Of a DNA stretch of 64,000 bases, positions 61,901 through 64,000 are shown in pieces. The stretch comes from Macrostomum lignano. Taxonomy: Eukaryota. Position 1 is the first letter of the stretch, and every line of letters begins with the position of its first letter. The position numbers and the translations under genes are program-made. Where the stretch lies: NCBI GenBank assembly GCA_002269645.1, contig NIVC01001797.1, positions 172,195-236,194 on the forward strand, read 5' to 3'. The notes below the pieces were generated by a model. The model did not search any database, was not told the origin of the DNA, and saw nothing but the letters and a program-made list of their open reading frames with translations.

Positions 61901-63100
61901 CGCCGTCTGAATGGTGTCATCATCCAGAAGCAGTTCGTTTTTAGAAAGCGGAACCTCCGGCCGCACGGCGACCTCAGCCTGCGAGACCTGAAAGCAGCGG
62001 AAGGCCTGCTGACCCTCTCGGACGGAATCCCGTCCACGCTCTGCCCTCCGCTCAAATTAAAAACCAGAATTCCACCACTTCATGAAGCAAGTGACAAATT
62101 GAAACCCCATGATATCCACTGATTCACTGAACGGGTCCCAAATCCACCCGCCTCTGGCTACGGCTACTGCATCGTGTCTGGAGGGAGAATCGTGGCGATC
62201 TTCTCTCAGCACCTGCTCCACCGGCTTCCAGAACGAAATTCTCGCCATCAGCTCCTGCGCCATGGAGCTGTATAAACATGCAGCGCTTCTGGGGGAAGGA
62301 GATTACCCTCCACTCGGACAGTCAAGCGGCGATCCACGCCCTTAAGCGCACCATCACCTGCTCGCGTACAGTCCTCGACTGCATCGGGCAGCTCAACCGC
62401 TTAGGCGCCTCTAACAAGGTGTCAGTGGATCCCCGGGCACTCGGGCCACCCCAGCAAAGAGTTGCCAAGGCTGGCTCGACCGGTTCTTTTAAAGCTCCCC
62501 TGCCCGTGGCCCCCATCCCACCCCCGTTTTTACCACTCGGATCAACCAGTGGGTGGCTTCTAAGCACAGGAAGAGGTGGGCTAACGCCCCCCGACTGCCG
62601 GAAATCCTTGTCTTTCTTCCGCCTTGCGCAGGGCCATGCTTGGCCTCAACCACAGGGACATCAGGGCGGTGACCATGGCCCTCTGGGTCATGGCTGTTTT
62701 GCCAGGCATCACCGCCTCCAGGGAAAAAATCTGTAGTGAGGAATGCCCCTTCTGCATCTCCGGTGTCGAGAATGCGGAGCACTTCATATGGGAATGCCCC
62801 GCCTTTACTCAGGATAGGCTCACCTACCTCGGCCCAAACCCGGACCTCTGCGACATTTTCAGGCCCGAGAATCTCTGCCAGCTCGTCAGCTACGAGCTAC
62901 CTAAGGGCTACCGGGCGAGCGACCATCCACCTCCTGGACTCTACGGAGGGGGACCGCGCTGCTGACACCGGCACCACCGGATCTCCCTGCGCGACACCGC
63001 AGCACTAGCTGCCCGTGGTCGCCAGGGGTTAGCGAACTGGGCGGCAATGCCCCCTAGCTGAATCAGAATGCCCGGAACCTCCTGCAGCTAAGTCAAGATA
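58925..63100 (+). mobile_element. Decayed non-LTR retrotransposon (LOA-like clade): ORF1 remnants, APE endonuclease, RT, RNase H, C-terminal Zn knuckle
   Basis: APE: LVDYC...LLVAGDVNAHHTWGSN (~60100-60460). RT: YRPISLT...LKLMERLV, FLDIDGAFNNV, GVLSPIPWNLVMDELL, YLDD (~60790-61350). RNase H: FQNEILAI, LHSDSQAAI (~62100-62480). CPFC...EHFIWECP (~62740-62800). Many frameshifts and stops. Ends approximate. Confidence 0.88.
60208..60423 (+). mobile_element. Solo LTR (216 bp) nested in the LINE endonuclease
   Basis: TGTAG...CTACA inverted termini, internal AATAAA (~60367), 4-bp TSD GCAA at 60204-60207 and 60424-60427. Removing it restores WGSNTSSSRGE. Confidence 0.85.
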
Positions 63101-63139
63101 AGACCTACCCTAATGGGCAGATGTGTAACCGACAGCTCA

Positions 63140-63396
63140 GCCGCAGCTATTGCGCGGCGCATCTGAAGGCTGCGTACGGCTCTTCAGTCCAAGGACTGAG
63201 TGGGGGTCGCCACACACACCCTCAATTACCCCAGCAAATACTGGCACCCATTTTATTGATACATCTGGGTGAACTGAAGCAATGCAGAGTTAAGTGTCTT
63301 GGTGCAGGGCACAAATTGTTCCGAGTGGGTCGAGAATCGAACCCCGACCTTTCAGTCGTGAGTCCGACGCTCTGACCACTAGGCTACAACACCCCC
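63140..63396 (-). mobile_element. tRNA-derived SINE
   Basis: Minus-strand head with A box TAGCCTAGTGG (63386-63376) and B box GGTTCGATTCT (63343-63333). The body (AAGACACTTAACTCTGCATTGCTTCAGTTCACCCAG...AAATGGGTGCC) is shared with a second copy at 47.4-47.7 kb. Confidence 0.85.
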
Positions 63397-64000
63397 TATG
63401 ACCTGTCGTCGGTTGTTTGTCATCCAGCATTCCGGTGTGTCCTTCCTCTATCAGTTAGGGTGTCACATGTTATTCAGGTGTGTGATCTGTTACTGATATT
63501 GATTTTTTTGCATGCAATATCAAGGCTCCATTCATTCACTGCCTAGGAAAAGTCAGTCTGATTTCATTGCCTATTCCTATATTACAGACTTCGCTAATCA
63601 CGCCAACTAGCTTCATTAATGTATTACACGCATAGCTCTCAAAGTAAAATTGTTTATTGGCCAATTGGCTACAATTAAGCTGCAGTTAACAGCTTAAGAA
63701 ATTTCAACCCCGTATTCGCTACAAGTGTTGGCAGCCAGCCGTTCGCACTATACGGGTTAGCTTGTGAAGCAGAAGATTTCTGCACGAGGCTGTGTTTACA
63801 AAGCTCTCCTGACGATCAGTTTCCTTTCTTAGCAATTATGTAGTTGCAGACTGCATTTATGGCAGGGTGATTTCGAATTTTCGATTTTTGTTTACGCATA
63901 GAATCTATAGATGCAAACAAATTTTCTGCGGGTTAATGATTCTTTGGCCTGTTTTAGCAGCCCTGACCGGAAGCGGCAGCCCAAGCCCATCAAATAGCCA

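Noticed and set aside
63320-63396. tRNA gene
   Set aside because: A and B boxes are present, but there is no clean acceptor stem and it continues into a body shared with 47.4 kb, so it is a SINE head.
54051-63469. TTAGGGTGTCACATG at 54051 and 63455 as a TIR pair
   Set aside because: Both are in the same orientation, so they cannot bound one element. They may be separate transposon ends.

Overview
Eukaryotic (animal) genomic DNA. GC-rich exons and introns packed with minisatellites suggest a Macrostomum-type flatworm, which is an inference from style only. I assembled four spliced protein-coding genes by hand from GT-AG sites with consistent codon phase. (1) Golgin-84/GOLGA5, +, 5637-12250, 7 exons. 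(2) A multi-C2H2 zinc-finger gene, +, 13713-17167, 3 exons. (3) PP2A regulatory subunit B56/B', -, 36545-29707, 6 exons. (4) An unusual PH + Pro-rich repeat + triple-SH2 adaptor, SH3BP2-like, +, 48440-57086, 11 exons. A TE cluster at 37.7-46 kb holds a MITE, a full-length young Ty3/Gypsy element (Mag-like; 290-bp LTRs, ATAAG TSD), a decayed THAP/P-element transposase and a Penelope-like fragment. The right end has a decayed LOA-like LINE with a nested solo LTR, followed by a tRNA-derived SINE. About 30 distinct tandem arrays occur, and 18 of 23 introns carry their own array. Most very long ORFs in the supplied track are artefacts of these arrays. No rRNA, true tRNA or CRISPR array is supported.
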